This document shows, in pieces, positions 39,758 through 49,041 of a DNA stretch of 64,000 bases. The translations under genes and the position numbers were made by a program. The notes below the pieces were generated by a model. The model was not told where the DNA came from, ran no database searches, and was given only the letters and a program-made list of their open reading frames with translations. The stretch is from positions 23,129-87,128 of IMG/VR virus record IMGVR_UViG_3300029825_000002. The stretch is one strand, 5' to 3'. Position 1 is the first letter of the stretch, and each line of letters begins with the position of its first letter. Source of the stretch: a virus.

Positions 39758-41039
39758 AAGAGTTATAATATCCAAAGAACAGCTTCAAGAATGTCTTGAT
39801 TTAGGTTTAACAAGAATAAAGATGGCAGAAAGATTTAAATGTGGTGTAGTTACATTAGATAGAAATATGAAAGCTAATGGATTAGAATATCTTAAATCTA
39901 GTCATTTTAATAGTGGTGAAGGTAATCCTGCCAAAAGACCTTCAGTTAGAAGAAAGATAGCTAATACTGTTGCAACTTTATGGGAAGATGGTTTTTATGA
40001 CAATAGAATAGATGGTATGAGTTATAAAACAGGATTTGATGACCCTAATTATAAAGGTCATAAATGGGATTATAGAGATTATCTTGCTAAATATCAGGAT
40101 ATAAATGTATGTGCTGAATGTGGTAGAACAATAAAAGATAGTAAAATTGATGTTCACCATGTGGATGAAAACCATGAAAACTGGTTAATCACTAATTTAA
40201 AACCTTTATGTGTTAAATGTCATCAAACTAAACATTATAAATCTATGAAAACTCCTTATGTAACTATAGGTATTAAAAGCCATTTTGATTCTGCTCATAA
40301 TCTTTTAAACTATAAAGGTAAGTGTTCTCGAATCCATGGACACCGATATTTTTATGAAATTAAAATTAAGGATAGAATAAATAGAGAAACAGGAATGGTA
40401 ATGGATTTTAAGGTTCTGAAAAAACTTATAAAAGAAGGATTTGAAGAAGTAGTTGACCATGAATATTTAAATTATGTTTTACCTTTTAATACTACAGCAG
40501 AAAATATGGTAGTATGGATGTTTGAATTTTTAAGTAAAAGGCAATTAGTAAAAGGTATACAAGAAATTTCTTTATGGGAAACTCCTGAATGTATAACTAC
40601 ATTTACTTATAAAGATTTATTAAGAAGCTACATGGAAAACAAATTAGATTGTTTTACTACTAATTTTGAAGAAGATACAAAGAATTTTGACACCCAGTTA
40701 GTTGAAGATAATTTAGCAAAGAAAATGCAGGAGCAAGTATTTATTTATTGTGGTGAACGTCAACAATTGGGTAAAACTACTGGTTTAATTAATCAAGTAA
40801 GAAAAGATTCAGATGGAATACTAATTGTAGCTAATAGAGTAACTTCTAAACTGATTTATAGTAGATTTGGTATGAGAAGAAATAAAGTTTGGACATTAAA
40901 AGAATTAATGCAACATTCACCAGAGAGATTTAATTTGTATATAGACAATTTAACTCCAGAGCAAAGAGTAAATTTATTAAATTATGTTAATAGGAATAAA
41001 GGTTACTATATAATCAGAAATATGATTATAGAAGCATAA
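39738..41039 (+). CDS. queD: HNH endonuclease - QueD - P-loop-like fusion
   Basis: CAECG..VHHVDENHEN..LCVKCH; FDSAH..KCSRIHGH..GMVMDF..DHEYLN..TTAEN..LWET; C-terminal GERQQLGKTT. Confidence 0.88.
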   Translation: MLNLGTKRVIISKEQLQECLDLGLTRIKMAERFKCGVVTLDRNMKANGLEYLKSSHFNSGEGNPAKRPSVRRKIANTVATLWEDGFYDNRIDGMSYKTGFDDPNYKGHKWDYRDYLAKYQDINVCAECGRTIKDSKIDVHHVDENHENWLITNLKPLCVKCHQTKHYKSMKTPYVTIGIKSHFDSAHNLLNYKGKCSRIHGHRYFYEIKIKDRINRETGMVMDFKVLKKLIKEGFEEVVDHEYLNYVLPFNTTAENMVVWMFEFLSKRQLVKGIQEISLWETPECITTFTYKDLLRSYMENKLDCFTTNFEEDTKNFDTQLVEDNLAKKMQEQVFIYCGERQQLGKTTGLINQVRKDSDGILIVANRVTSKLIYSRFGMRRNKVWTLKELMQHSPERFNLYIDNLTPEQRVNLLNYVNRNKGYYIIRNMIIEA

Positions 41040-41054
41040 AAGAGGTGACAATTA

Positions 41055-41690
41055 ATGATATATTATCAGAATATCTTTACAAGTATTCAAGGAGAAGGAT
41101 ATGATTCAGGGAAACCTTGTACCTTTGTTAGATTATATGGTTGTAACTTACACTGTAAGTATTGTGACCAGATACAGACAGAGAAAGATAGAAAAACAAT
41201 TTCGGTAAAAAGAATGGTTGAATTAGTAAGAAGTAAGCATATACAGAATGTATGTATTACTGGAGGTGAACCTCTATTACAATCAGAAATATTTGAAGTT
41301 ATTTATGAATTAGTTAAAGCTAATTATAAAGTTAGTATTGAAACCAATGGATGTTGTCTTATACCAGATGACCCTTACGCCAGGTCATTTAAGTATGTTA
41401 TGGATGTTAAAGGACCTTCTAGTGGAATGGTGGCAAAGAATATTTATAGCAACCTGGATATACTTCATGCAGAAGATGAAGTTAAGTTTTTAATTTCAGA
41501 TAGAAAAGACTATGACTTTGCTTTAAAAACAATGCAGAAGCACCCTATTAAATCTAAAATACTATTTAGTCCAGTAATGGCTAAAGGGAAAGCTACCATT
41601 GGAAAAGAACTTGTGCATTGGATGATTGAGGATAAATTAAATAATGTTAAGTTGCAGATTCAGCTTCATAAAGTGGTTGGGGTAATGTAG
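41055..41690 (+). CDS. queE: 7-carboxy-7-deazaguanine synthase (radical SAM)
   Basis: SIQGEG..FVRLYGCNLHCKYCD; TGGEP; IETNG; QLHK. Confidence 0.95.
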   Translation: MIYYQNIFTSIQGEGYDSGKPCTFVRLYGCNLHCKYCDQIQTEKDRKTISVKRMVELVRSKHIQNVCITGGEPLLQSEIFEVIYELVKANYKVSIETNGCCLIPDDPYARSFKYVMDVKGPSSGMVAKNIYSNLDILHAEDEVKFLISDRKDYDFALKTMQKHPIKSKILFSPVMAKGKATIGKELVHWMIEDKLNNVKLQIQLHKVVGVM

Positions 41691-41768
41691 TATGAAAAAG
41701 AATGATGTGGTAGACCAGTTTATAATATTTATGATTGTTGTTTATGCTATAACCTTTATTATATTACT

Positions 41769-41981
41769 GTGGTAAGTGATAAAATGACTAAAAAGAAACA
41801 AAAACCTTTTATGGATATACAATTAGATATAACTAAAGAAGGAGTTAAATATGGAGTAACAATATCTAAGGATGAAGATGGTTACTTTGCTAGAACACAT
41901 AGAGCAAGTTCAAGAAAAAGATATAGCAGTAAAAGAGCCATTCCTAAAAGTGTATTAAAAAGTGTAGAAAGGACTGGTTAA
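41769..41981 (+). CDS. Small basic hypothetical protein
   Basis: ARTHRASSRKRY. Confidence 0.5.
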   Translation: MVSDKMTKKKQKPFMDIQLDITKEGVKYGVTISKDEDGYFARTHRASSRKRYSSKRAIPKSVLKSVERTG

Positions 41982-42018
41982 AATTAATAAAGATAGAATA
42001 ATTGAATGTAGTGTAAAT

Positions 42019-42249
42019 GTGGCTTTTAGATTAGTAAGAAGTCTTTTCTTTCTATTAATGATTATTGGGTTACTTTCACTACTTAATATATGTGGAACAG
42101 ACCCTTTAAAGAATAATTTACTTAAACTCATATTTTTAAGTATTCTTACTGAAATAATGGTAACACAAATATTTTATACAAATGATATAACTAATCAACT
42201 AAATAGATTAAAAGAAAGGGATGATAGTGAATGTCCCAAAAGAAAATGA
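42019..42249 (+). CDS. Small membrane protein
   Basis: Two hydrophobic segments. Confidence 0.45.
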   Translation: MAFRLVRSLFFLLMIIGLLSLLNICGTDPLKNNLLKLIFLSILTEIMVTQIFYTNDITNQLNRLKERDDSECPKRK

Positions 42250-42446
42250 CAAGAACGGAAATATCTAAAAAGCCTAACAATGAAAAGATTAAAGTATATG
42301 CAGGTGGAGAAGTAAGAACAATAACCTTTAGACAATTAAAAAAGAATATGGGTATACCTGATAGAAGTGGGGGTGATAATATGGGTAAGTGTAAAGGTGG
42401 AAAGAAATCTTCGGGTTCTAAAAAGAAATCTAAAAGTAGCAAATAA
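42231..42446 (+). CDS. Small K/G/S-rich basic protein
   Basis: AAGGG SD; KCKGGKKSSGSKKKSKSSK tail. Confidence 0.55.
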   Translation: MSQKKMTRTEISKKPNNEKIKVYAGGEVRTITFRQLKKNMGIPDRSGGDNMGKCKGGKKSSGSKKKSKSSK

Positions 42447-42460
42447 AGGAGTATATAACA

Positions 42461-43195
42461 ATGCTAAACAAATATAATTGGTACAATAAAATTAAGGATA
42501 AAAGAATAGTATTACTTCAAAGTGGGGGATTAGACAGCAATATTGTAGCAGCTTTACTATCTTATTATCATTTTTCTATACAGCATCTATTTATAGATTA
42601 TGGTCAGAATATGCTAGAGCAAGAAAGGAAAAATGCTAGACTAATAGTAAAACATTATGGTGGGAAACTAACAGAAACTAAAATAGATTTACCCTGGTTA
42701 AAAGAAGCCACGAATTTAGTAGATAATGTTGTTAATGATGAAGGAGCAATAGGAAAGTTTAATACCTATGATGTGGGAACTTATGTACCTTTAAGAAATC
42801 ATGTACTATTAAGTATAGCAGGTTCTTTAGCTGAAGCCTATAAAATACCTAATATAGCTTGTGCTTTTGATGGTTGTCAAAATATTCTAGGAAAACCTAC
42901 AGGTGGAACAACAGATAAACACCCTAAATTTATACACAGGATTGAACAATCTATTAATGAAGGTTCAGCTATGTATCATATTGAACATAAACCTATCCAG
43001 ATACTAACACCTATTATGAATTTTTATAAAACAGATACGATTCAGTTAGGTTTAGAGTTAAATGCAGATATGTCTATTAGTTGGAGTTGTTATAATAAGG
43101 GAGATAAACCTTGTGGTCATTGTAGTGCTTGTGAAGATAGAGAAGAAGCCTTTAGAGTATTAGGAATAGACGACCCCGCTTTATCTGAAAAATAA
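42461..43195 (+). CDS. queC: 7-cyano-7-deazaguanine synthase
   Basis: SGGLDS; YVPLRN; SWSCY..PCGHCSACEDR. Confidence 0.95.
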   Translation: MLNKYNWYNKIKDKRIVLLQSGGLDSNIVAALLSYYHFSIQHLFIDYGQNMLEQERKNARLIVKHYGGKLTETKIDLPWLKEATNLVDNVVNDEGAIGKFNTYDVGTYVPLRNHVLLSIAGSLAEAYKIPNIACAFDGCQNILGKPTGGTTDKHPKFIHRIEQSINEGSAMYHIEHKPIQILTPIMNFYKTDTIQLGLELNADMSISWSCYNKGDKPCGHCSACEDREEAFRVLGIDDPALSEK

Positions 43196-43260
43196 GGTTG
43201 TTTTAATTCTTTATTTGTATTACAATATAACTATAGAAATTAATTAAGGAGGGATGTAAA

Positions 43261-43404
43261 ATGTCTAGTACATCAGGAAGTCCAGGTCAGAAAAGAGCTA
43301 ATAAAGTATTTGGTGGAAAGAAGCTTTCAGCAGGAAATGTTACTTTAAAAGGTAATAATAAGTTGCGTGGAAATAATGGTAATACACAATCAAAAGGTAA
43401 ATAA
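43261..43404 (+). CDS. Small G/K/N-rich basic protein (47 aa)
   Basis: AAGGAGG SD; MSSTSGSPGQKRANKVFGGKKLSAG...; not in ORF track. Confidence 0.55.
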   Translation: MSSTSGSPGQKRANKVFGGKKLSAGNVTLKGNNKLRGNNGNTQSKGK

Positions 43405-43416
43405 GTAAGTAAACAG

Positions 43417-43444
43417 AAAGGACATTTAATTATGTCCTTTTTTT
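43417..43444 (+). terminator. Intrinsic terminator
   Basis: AAAGGACAT/ATGTCCTTT stem plus T run. Confidence 0.75.
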
Positions 43445-43485
43445 GTGTTATAATTTATTTAAATAACATTTAGGAGGAATTTAAT

Positions 43486-44094
43486 ATGAATTTAAACGAA
43501 GAATTAAATGAAGGTAAAAAGCAGTTAATAGAAGATAAAGTTGGGGAAATAATGAATATTTTAGATTTATCTCTTACAGATGATAATAGAGAAACACCTA
43601 GAAGAATAGCTAAAATGTTAGTAGATGAATTATTTAAAAATAGAAATGGTAATAATATAGAAGAATTAAATAATCAGATGAAGCTATTTAATTCACCAGA
43701 ATATCCTGACCTTGTAGTAGTTAAAGATATTCCTTTTCATTCTGTTTGTAGTCATCATTGGTTGCCCTTCTTTGGGAAAGTTGCAGTAGGATATATACCT
43801 AATAAGAAAATAATTGGATTAAGTAAAATACCTAGAGTAATAAAATATTTTAGTCAAAAACCACAAGTACAAGAAAGATTAACAAATGAAATAATGGAGT
43901 ATTTATGTAAAGTAATTCAGCCACTATATATAATTGTGTATATGTATGATGTTAGGCACACTTGTATGACAGTTAGAGGTATAGAAAGTGAAGGAGTAAC
44001 AAATACTTATGTAGATACCTATGACGAAGATAAAGTTAATTTAACTAGCATGATTAGATACAAAGAAAGATTTTTAGGAATGGTGGGGAAATAA
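43486..44094 (+). CDS. folE: GTP cyclohydrolase I
   Basis: ETPRRIAKM; SVCSHHWLPFFG; GLSKIPR; QVQERLT; HTCMTVRG. Confidence 0.95.
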   Translation: MNLNEELNEGKKQLIEDKVGEIMNILDLSLTDDNRETPRRIAKMLVDELFKNRNGNNIEELNNQMKLFNSPEYPDLVVVKDIPFHSVCSHHWLPFFGKVAVGYIPNKKIIGLSKIPRVIKYFSQKPQVQERLTNEIMEYLCKVIQPLYIIVYMYDVRHTCMTVRGIESEGVTNTYVDTYDEDKVNLTSMIRYKERFLGMVGK

Positions 44095-46143
44095 ATGAAA
44101 CTAAAGAAAGTGGGGAAAAAGCATCTAAAGAAACTTAAAAAGATTAAACCAAAAGAAAATAAATATGATAACATAAAAGATATTGTGGACAGAAAACAAC
44201 CTTTTAGATTGATTTATTCGGGAGTAGAAGGAAAGAAGTATTTCACTATTCTATATAACATGGGAATAAAGAACTATTTAATGTCCTATCATTATATTAG
44301 AGAGAAACATATTAAAATGTCTAAATATATTGATATGGGATTAAAATTTTTCATTGATTCTGGAGCATATACTTACCAAAATGATGAAAAGTATCAGGAT
44401 TATACTGAAGAACAGTGGGAACAGCAAATAAAAGAATATTTAGATTGGGCGAGAGATAATAAAGAGACTATATTTGCAATAGCTAATTTAGACTTAGAGT
44501 ATCTAGTAGGACAAGAAACAGTATGTAAATGGAATGAAGAATACTTTGAACCATTTATGCTTGAAACTGGTATACCTGTATGTTTTATATGGCATGATGT
44601 TACTGGTATAGAAGAATGGGAAAGATATTGTGAAAGATATTCCTATGTTGGTTTTCCTTGGTTACTAAATGAAGGTTTATATGGTGGTGGTTATAATAGA
44701 TGCAGTAAGTTATTAAAGATTGCAGAAAAGCATAATACATTAGTTCATGGTATGGGTATGACTAGAGCATCTATGTTAACTAAACTTCCTTTTTACTCTT
44801 CTGATTCTACTACATGGAAAATGGGACTAGAATATGGGAACTTTCTTGTGTTTACTGGTAAGAATATACGGCAGATAAAGAAAGACCAATATGATACAGC
44901 AGTTAGATACATGAAGAATTATAAACCATCCCTAAAAATAGATTATAAGAAGCTGTATGACTATGATGTGGAACAGGTGGTACAAACTTGTGCTTATGCT
45001 TTTATTTTAGCAGAAAAGTATATACAAACAAGATTAAGAGCTAGAATGTATTGGTTAAAACCAGAACAAATTGAGCAATCAGTAAATGATATTGAATTTC
45101 CTTCCCCTGATTATTTACTTAATGAACTATCTGAAGATGAAACAGAGTATAAAGAATGGGCGAAGAAGTTTAATATTAATCCAGATAATGAGGATGTAAA
45201 CTATGTTAAGAATAGTATTATAGATATTACTTGCTTGTTAAATTGGGATGATGAAGAATATGAAGAAGCTATTCAACATTTTTATCCTAGTGATGATACC
45301 CTTAAAGAAGTTTATGACCTCTACATTAATAAACCTTGTGATTCCAAAGAAGAAATGCTTTCAGACCTCATTGGTTTTTGTACAGATGTAATAGAAGGGA
45401 GAAATGATAAACTTCTAGTGGCAGGTACTAACTTTGATAGAATGGCTAAAGAAAGAGATAACTATATAACAGATGAAGAATATGAATATGTAGATGTTCC
45501 AAAAGAAGAAGTTCAGCAGGAATTACACAAGCTTTTACCTTCCCCAGATGATACTAAAAGCATAGCACCAGAAATAGATAATATGGATGATGAAATCTTT
45601 AGTAACTTAGAAATAGTTCCTGTAAGAGATAAAAAAGGTAGATTCTTAAAAGGGCAAAAGAAAGTAAGAAAGAGAAAGAACATTTATTCAGAGAAATATC
45701 CTAAGTTAATTTGTAGTACCTGTTATGCTGCACAAACTTGTCCAGAGTACAAAGATGGCTATGTATGTGCTTATAATAGAATGTTTAAGCGTTTTGACTG
45801 CCGTAACCCTAATGACATAATAGAAGCCATACAGGGTATGATTAATCTTAATATGGAACGTATGCAGAGAACAGCTATATTTGAAATGCTAGATGGTGGT
45901 ATGCCTGATGGGAATGTAACGAATTTTATAGACCAGAATGTAAAGTTACTTACTACTTTAAAGACTATGTATAAAAATGATAGTGAGTTAATGAAACATA
46001 CCAGAACTATTAATGCAGATGGAAGTATGCAAGAAACCACTAGTATCAAACAAGGTGGTGGGGGAATAATAGAACAGATGCTAAAAAGTATGACTATGCA
46101 ACAAAATACTAATAATGAGGATGAAAATGATAAAGAAGTTTAA
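44095..46143 (+). CDS. dpdA: DpdA/TGT-like guanine transglycosylase fused to a Cys-containing C-terminal domain
   Basis: LMSYHY, FIDSGAY, NLDL, VHGMG, SSDSTTW motifs; directly after folE; C-terminal CSTC..CP..CAY. Confidence 0.65.
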   Translation: MKLKKVGKKHLKKLKKIKPKENKYDNIKDIVDRKQPFRLIYSGVEGKKYFTILYNMGIKNYLMSYHYIREKHIKMSKYIDMGLKFFIDSGAYTYQNDEKYQDYTEEQWEQQIKEYLDWARDNKETIFAIANLDLEYLVGQETVCKWNEEYFEPFMLETGIPVCFIWHDVTGIEEWERYCERYSYVGFPWLLNEGLYGGGYNRCSKLLKIAEKHNTLVHGMGMTRASMLTKLPFYSSDSTTWKMGLEYGNFLVFTGKNIRQIKKDQYDTAVRYMKNYKPSLKIDYKKLYDYDVEQVVQTCAYAFILAEKYIQTRLRARMYWLKPEQIEQSVNDIEFPSPDYLLNELSEDETEYKEWAKKFNINPDNEDVNYVKNSIIDITCLLNWDDEEYEEAIQHFYPSDDTLKEVYDLYINKPCDSKEEMLSDLIGFCTDVIEGRNDKLLVAGTNFDRMAKERDNYITDEEYEYVDVPKEEVQQELHKLLPSPDDTKSIAPEIDNMDDEIFSNLEIVPVRDKKGRFLKGQKKVRKRKNIYSEKYPKLICSTCYAAQTCPEYKDGYVCAYNRMFKRFDCRNPNDIIEAIQGMINLNMERMQRTAIFEMLDGGMPDGNVTNFIDQNVKLLTTLKTMYKNDSELMKHTRTINADGSMQETTSIKQGGGGIIEQMLKSMTMQQNTNNEDENDKEV

Positions 46144-46147
46144 CTGT

Positions 46148-46176
46148 TTGACTTTAATATCCAGAGAATTTATAAT
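46148..46176 (+). promoter_or_regulatory. SigA-type promoter
   Basis: TTGACT-17-TATAAT. Confidence 0.8.
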
Positions 46177-46235
46177 AAGCTCATACATTGAGAAATCAGT
46201 GTACAAGCTTATTTTTTTATAAAGGGGAGATTTAA

Positions 46236-46778
46236 ATGTTAAGAGTGATAGTTACTAAGAATGAGAAAGCAAAAGGTTTAATTGGATTTGTAATGAGTGG
46301 GGAGAATAAACATAAAGTATGTTTCTTGGACAAGTCTATTGTTATACCAGATTACTTAACTGGTTGTGGCGTTTATGAATTAAATGAAGATGATTATGTG
46401 AATGAAGGTAAAACAATTCATATAAATAACCTAGAGTTTCCTGTTTTACAGCAAGTAGCAGATGGATTAAATGTTTTATGTAATGCTAGTGTGGACAAGT
46501 TGAGCAGAGGTTATGAACCTAATCATCCACAGTGTTTAGTTGGAAAGATACATCCTAGAGCTTACTTTTATGATGTGCATAAAATAAGATATATTGATTT
46601 AGCACATAGTCATGATACTTATAAATATGATGCATCCAAACGTATAGTGCAATTGTGGTATATAAATAAACCTTTTAAGCCTATACATGGTGATATTATC
46701 TGGATAGATGTTTATTCAGATGAAGGTATTATGAATATGGACAACCCTTCAGCATTGTTTATAAAGCTAATTAAGTAG
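46236..46778 (+). CDS. Hypothetical protein
   Basis: AAGGGGAG SD. Confidence 0.6.
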   Translation: MLRVIVTKNEKAKGLIGFVMSGENKHKVCFLDKSIVIPDYLTGCGVYELNEDDYVNEGKTIHINNLEFPVLQQVADGLNVLCNASVDKLSRGYEPNHPQCLVGKIHPRAYFYDVHKIRYIDLAHSHDTYKYDASKRIVQLWYINKPFKPIHGDIIWIDVYSDEGIMNMDNPSALFIKLIK

Positions 46779-46833
46779 AAATATTGGGGAGTTAATTCTC
46801 CCCTGTTAATCAAAATATAAGGAGGAAATAACA

Positions 46834-47118
46834 ATGAGTAGAAATGTAGAATTAGAAGAACAAGAATTGCAAAAGGAATATGATGTGAAAGAACAAGAGT
46901 ATGTAGAAATTTCGGGAAGAAAAGCACCTTTACCTAATTTACTCAATATGCTAAAGAAGGGAGAATACAACCTTAGACAAACATGGGATAAACAACAAAA
47001 GTTAAAAGAATATCAGAGAGAACAACTACATAAAAGTCAGACAAATGTTTTATTAAATAAAAATAAAAGAAAGACGTTTAAGAAACTGTCTTGTCATATA
47101 GAAGAAGGGGATGAATAA
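46834..47118 (+). CDS. Hypothetical protein upstream of mazF (candidate antitoxin)
   Basis: AAGGAGG SD; stop 2 nt before the mazF start; no MazE motif recognised. Confidence 0.5.
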   Translation: MSRNVELEEQELQKEYDVKEQEYVEISGRKAPLPNLLNMLKKGEYNLRQTWDKQQKLKEYQREQLHKSQTNVLLNKNKRKTFKKLSCHIEEGDE

Positions 47119-47120
47119 AA

Positions 47121-47531
47121 ATGAAGTTAGCAGAAGCAGCTACAATTAATAACATTAATCAAGAAGGAATATTTCGGGGTCAGATTTATATTGCTAACCT
47201 TGGAGAAACTATAGGATGTGAACAAAGTGGAGAAAGACCGGTTTTAGTTGTACAGAATAACAAAGGATATAAAAGTCCTACTATAACTGTAACAAGCATT
47301 ACATCTAGCACAAAGAAGTTACAGAAGTATTGTCCTTATCATACCAATATCATAGTAACAGATGATAGAGCAAAATTTTCGGGATTATATAAAAAAGATT
47401 CAGTAGTGTTATGTGAACAAATAAGAACCATATCACGAAAGAGGTTTAAAAAATTTGTGGGAGAATTACCAGATAGTGATATGAAAAGAATAGATAAGGC
47501 TTTAATAGTAGCTTTAGGTTTATACAAATAA
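47121..47531 (+). CDS. mazF: MazF/PemK-family endoribonuclease
   Basis: RGQIYIANL..GCEQSGERPVLVVQN; ITS; DSVVLCEQIRTISRKRF. Confidence 0.9.
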   Translation: MKLAEAATINNINQEGIFRGQIYIANLGETIGCEQSGERPVLVVQNNKGYKSPTITVTSITSSTKKLQKYCPYHTNIIVTDDRAKFSGLYKKDSVVLCEQIRTISRKRFKKFVGELPDSDMKRIDKALIVALGLYK

Positions 47532-47727
47532 AAGAAAAAAGGAAGGGTAAACAAATGTTAAATAAGATGTATACTTTGTTATATGGTATGGGTATTGGGG
47601 GAAGTGTAGTCTACTTAAATAAAAGTCATTTAGCTAAAGGTAATGATACTATAGTGGGCATACTACTTATTGTATTGATACTGTGTGCAATATATGAAAT
47701 TGTAGTAAATAGGGAGGAAGAAGTAAA

Positions 47728-48024
47728 GTGAAAGCTTTTGATAAAATACCAGAATTTATAGACAGGGTTTGTAATTTATGTACAGAAGATGATATTGATT
47801 TTAAGTATCGTTATAATGAAATTTCAATGTCTTATACCTTTGAATTTAAAAAAGAAGCTTTTTTAAAAGATATAAAAATAGTTAGAAGTATACCAATAAC
47901 TTTTACAGCTATAGAAATAATAGATTCTCCTTTTTTAGAAAATCTATTAGAAAGAGTTCAATTAAAGTTGAAAGAACTTCAGGATGATTTAAGAAATGAA
48001 TTAGATAGAAAAAGAGGGTGGTAA
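47728..48024 (+). CDS. Hypothetical protein
   Basis: GGAGG SD, GTG start. Confidence 0.5.
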   Translation: MKAFDKIPEFIDRVCNLCTEDDIDFKYRYNEISMSYTFEFKKEAFLKDIKIVRSIPITFTAIEIIDSPFLENLLERVQLKLKELQDDLRNELDRKRGW

Positions 48025-48025
48025 A

Positions 48026-48214
48026 ATGAAAAGAAGTAATAAAAGAGTAGTGTGCAAAGTTAATGATAGTACCAATTTAACTTATGATAAAGAATATAAG
48101 GTTTTAATTGATAATCCAGTAGAGGAAGTATATTTAATTAAGGATGACACTGGTAATAAATCAGTAGAGCCTTATTGTGAATTTAATAAAATATCTTTAT
48201 TAACAAAAAATTAA
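48026..48214 (+). CDS. Hypothetical protein
   Basis: ORF in operon. Confidence 0.5.
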   Translation: MKRSNKRVVCKVNDSTNLTYDKEYKVLIDNPVEEVYLIKDDTGNKSVEPYCEFNKISLLTKN

Positions 48215-48231
48215 ATGAAGGAGAGATTTAT

Positions 48232-48552
48232 ATGAAAGATTTAGAAGTTCAAATGATACGTGTGGAGAATGTGTTAGTAATTAAACTTGTGTATATAGCA
48301 CCAGATTTAGTAAATAAATTGTCAGAAGAGGATGAAGATAAATATTTTATGCTGAAAAGTCTCAATGGTACTATAACTACTAATGGAACAAGGTTAGATG
48401 TGGGGTCAAAAGATGGAATGGTTACAAGCTATCGTTATGATTCAGTTGAAAGTGCTAAAGAAGCAGGAGAAGCTTTCAGACAACTTATTACTAATTTTAA
48501 TGAAAGAAATAAACCAGAAATAAAAAAATTAGATGTGGAGGAAATAATGTAA
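48232..48552 (+). CDS. Hypothetical protein
   Basis: AAGGAG SD. Confidence 0.55.
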   Translation: MKDLEVQMIRVENVLVIKLVYIAPDLVNKLSEEDEDKYFMLKSLNGTITTNGTRLDVGSKDGMVTSYRYDSVESAKEAGEAFRQLITNFNERNKPEIKKLDVEEIM

Positions 48553-48842
48553 TGAAATATATAAAGAAATCACAAGTAGTAGAAGCGTTTAAGTGGACAG
48601 GAGACAAAGAACAGACAGAAGACCCAGTATGGATTATAGAAGCAATAAAGAATAAAGTTGTGTTTTTTATTAATCAAGGAACAGAGGATGTTGAAATGAT
48701 AATAAGCTTACCCCATAGTGGTTTAATGACAGCTTATAGGGGAGATTATATCCTTAAAGATGCACAAGGGAATATCACTAGAAAGAATCCAGAAGAATTT
48801 CAAGAATTATATATGAAAGTGGGTGAAGATAGTGAAATATAA
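48552..48842 (+). CDS. Small phage protein (VEAFKW..GDYI..F..Y pattern)
   Basis: Pattern familiar from Firmicute phage hypotheticals; not verified. Confidence 0.55.
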   Translation: MKYIKKSQVVEAFKWTGDKEQTEDPVWIIEAIKNKVVFFINQGTEDVEMIISLPHSGLMTAYRGDYILKDAQGNITRKNPEEFQELYMKVGEDSEI

Positions 48843-48867
48843 AAGAAAATCAGGAGTAGTTGATAGT

Positions 48868-49041
48868 ATGAAATGTCCAAAGTGTTTAAAAGAAATTAAG
48901 GATAACAATGATAACTTTTGTAAAGAATGTGGGGCAAAATTAAGAGAAACCTGTAATTGTTGGATGAAGAATAAACCTTATAATTGTGGACGAAGTATAT
49001 GTCCTGGTTATTCTTTACCCTTAGTAGTAAAGCATAGTTAA
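48868..49041 (+). CDS. Zinc-ribbon protein
   Basis: CPKC..FCKECG..C.C..C..CPG; AGGAG SD before ATG 48868. Confidence 0.65.
   Translation: MKCPKCLKEIKDNNDNFCKECGAKLRETCNCWMKNKPYNCGRSICPGYSLPLVVKHS

Noticed and set aside
39731-40319. queD insert as a fourth group I intron or a gene-60-like ribosomal bypass
   Set aside because: No P3/P7 core, no terminal G at the needed junction, 589 nt long, and no stop directly after the putative take-off codon
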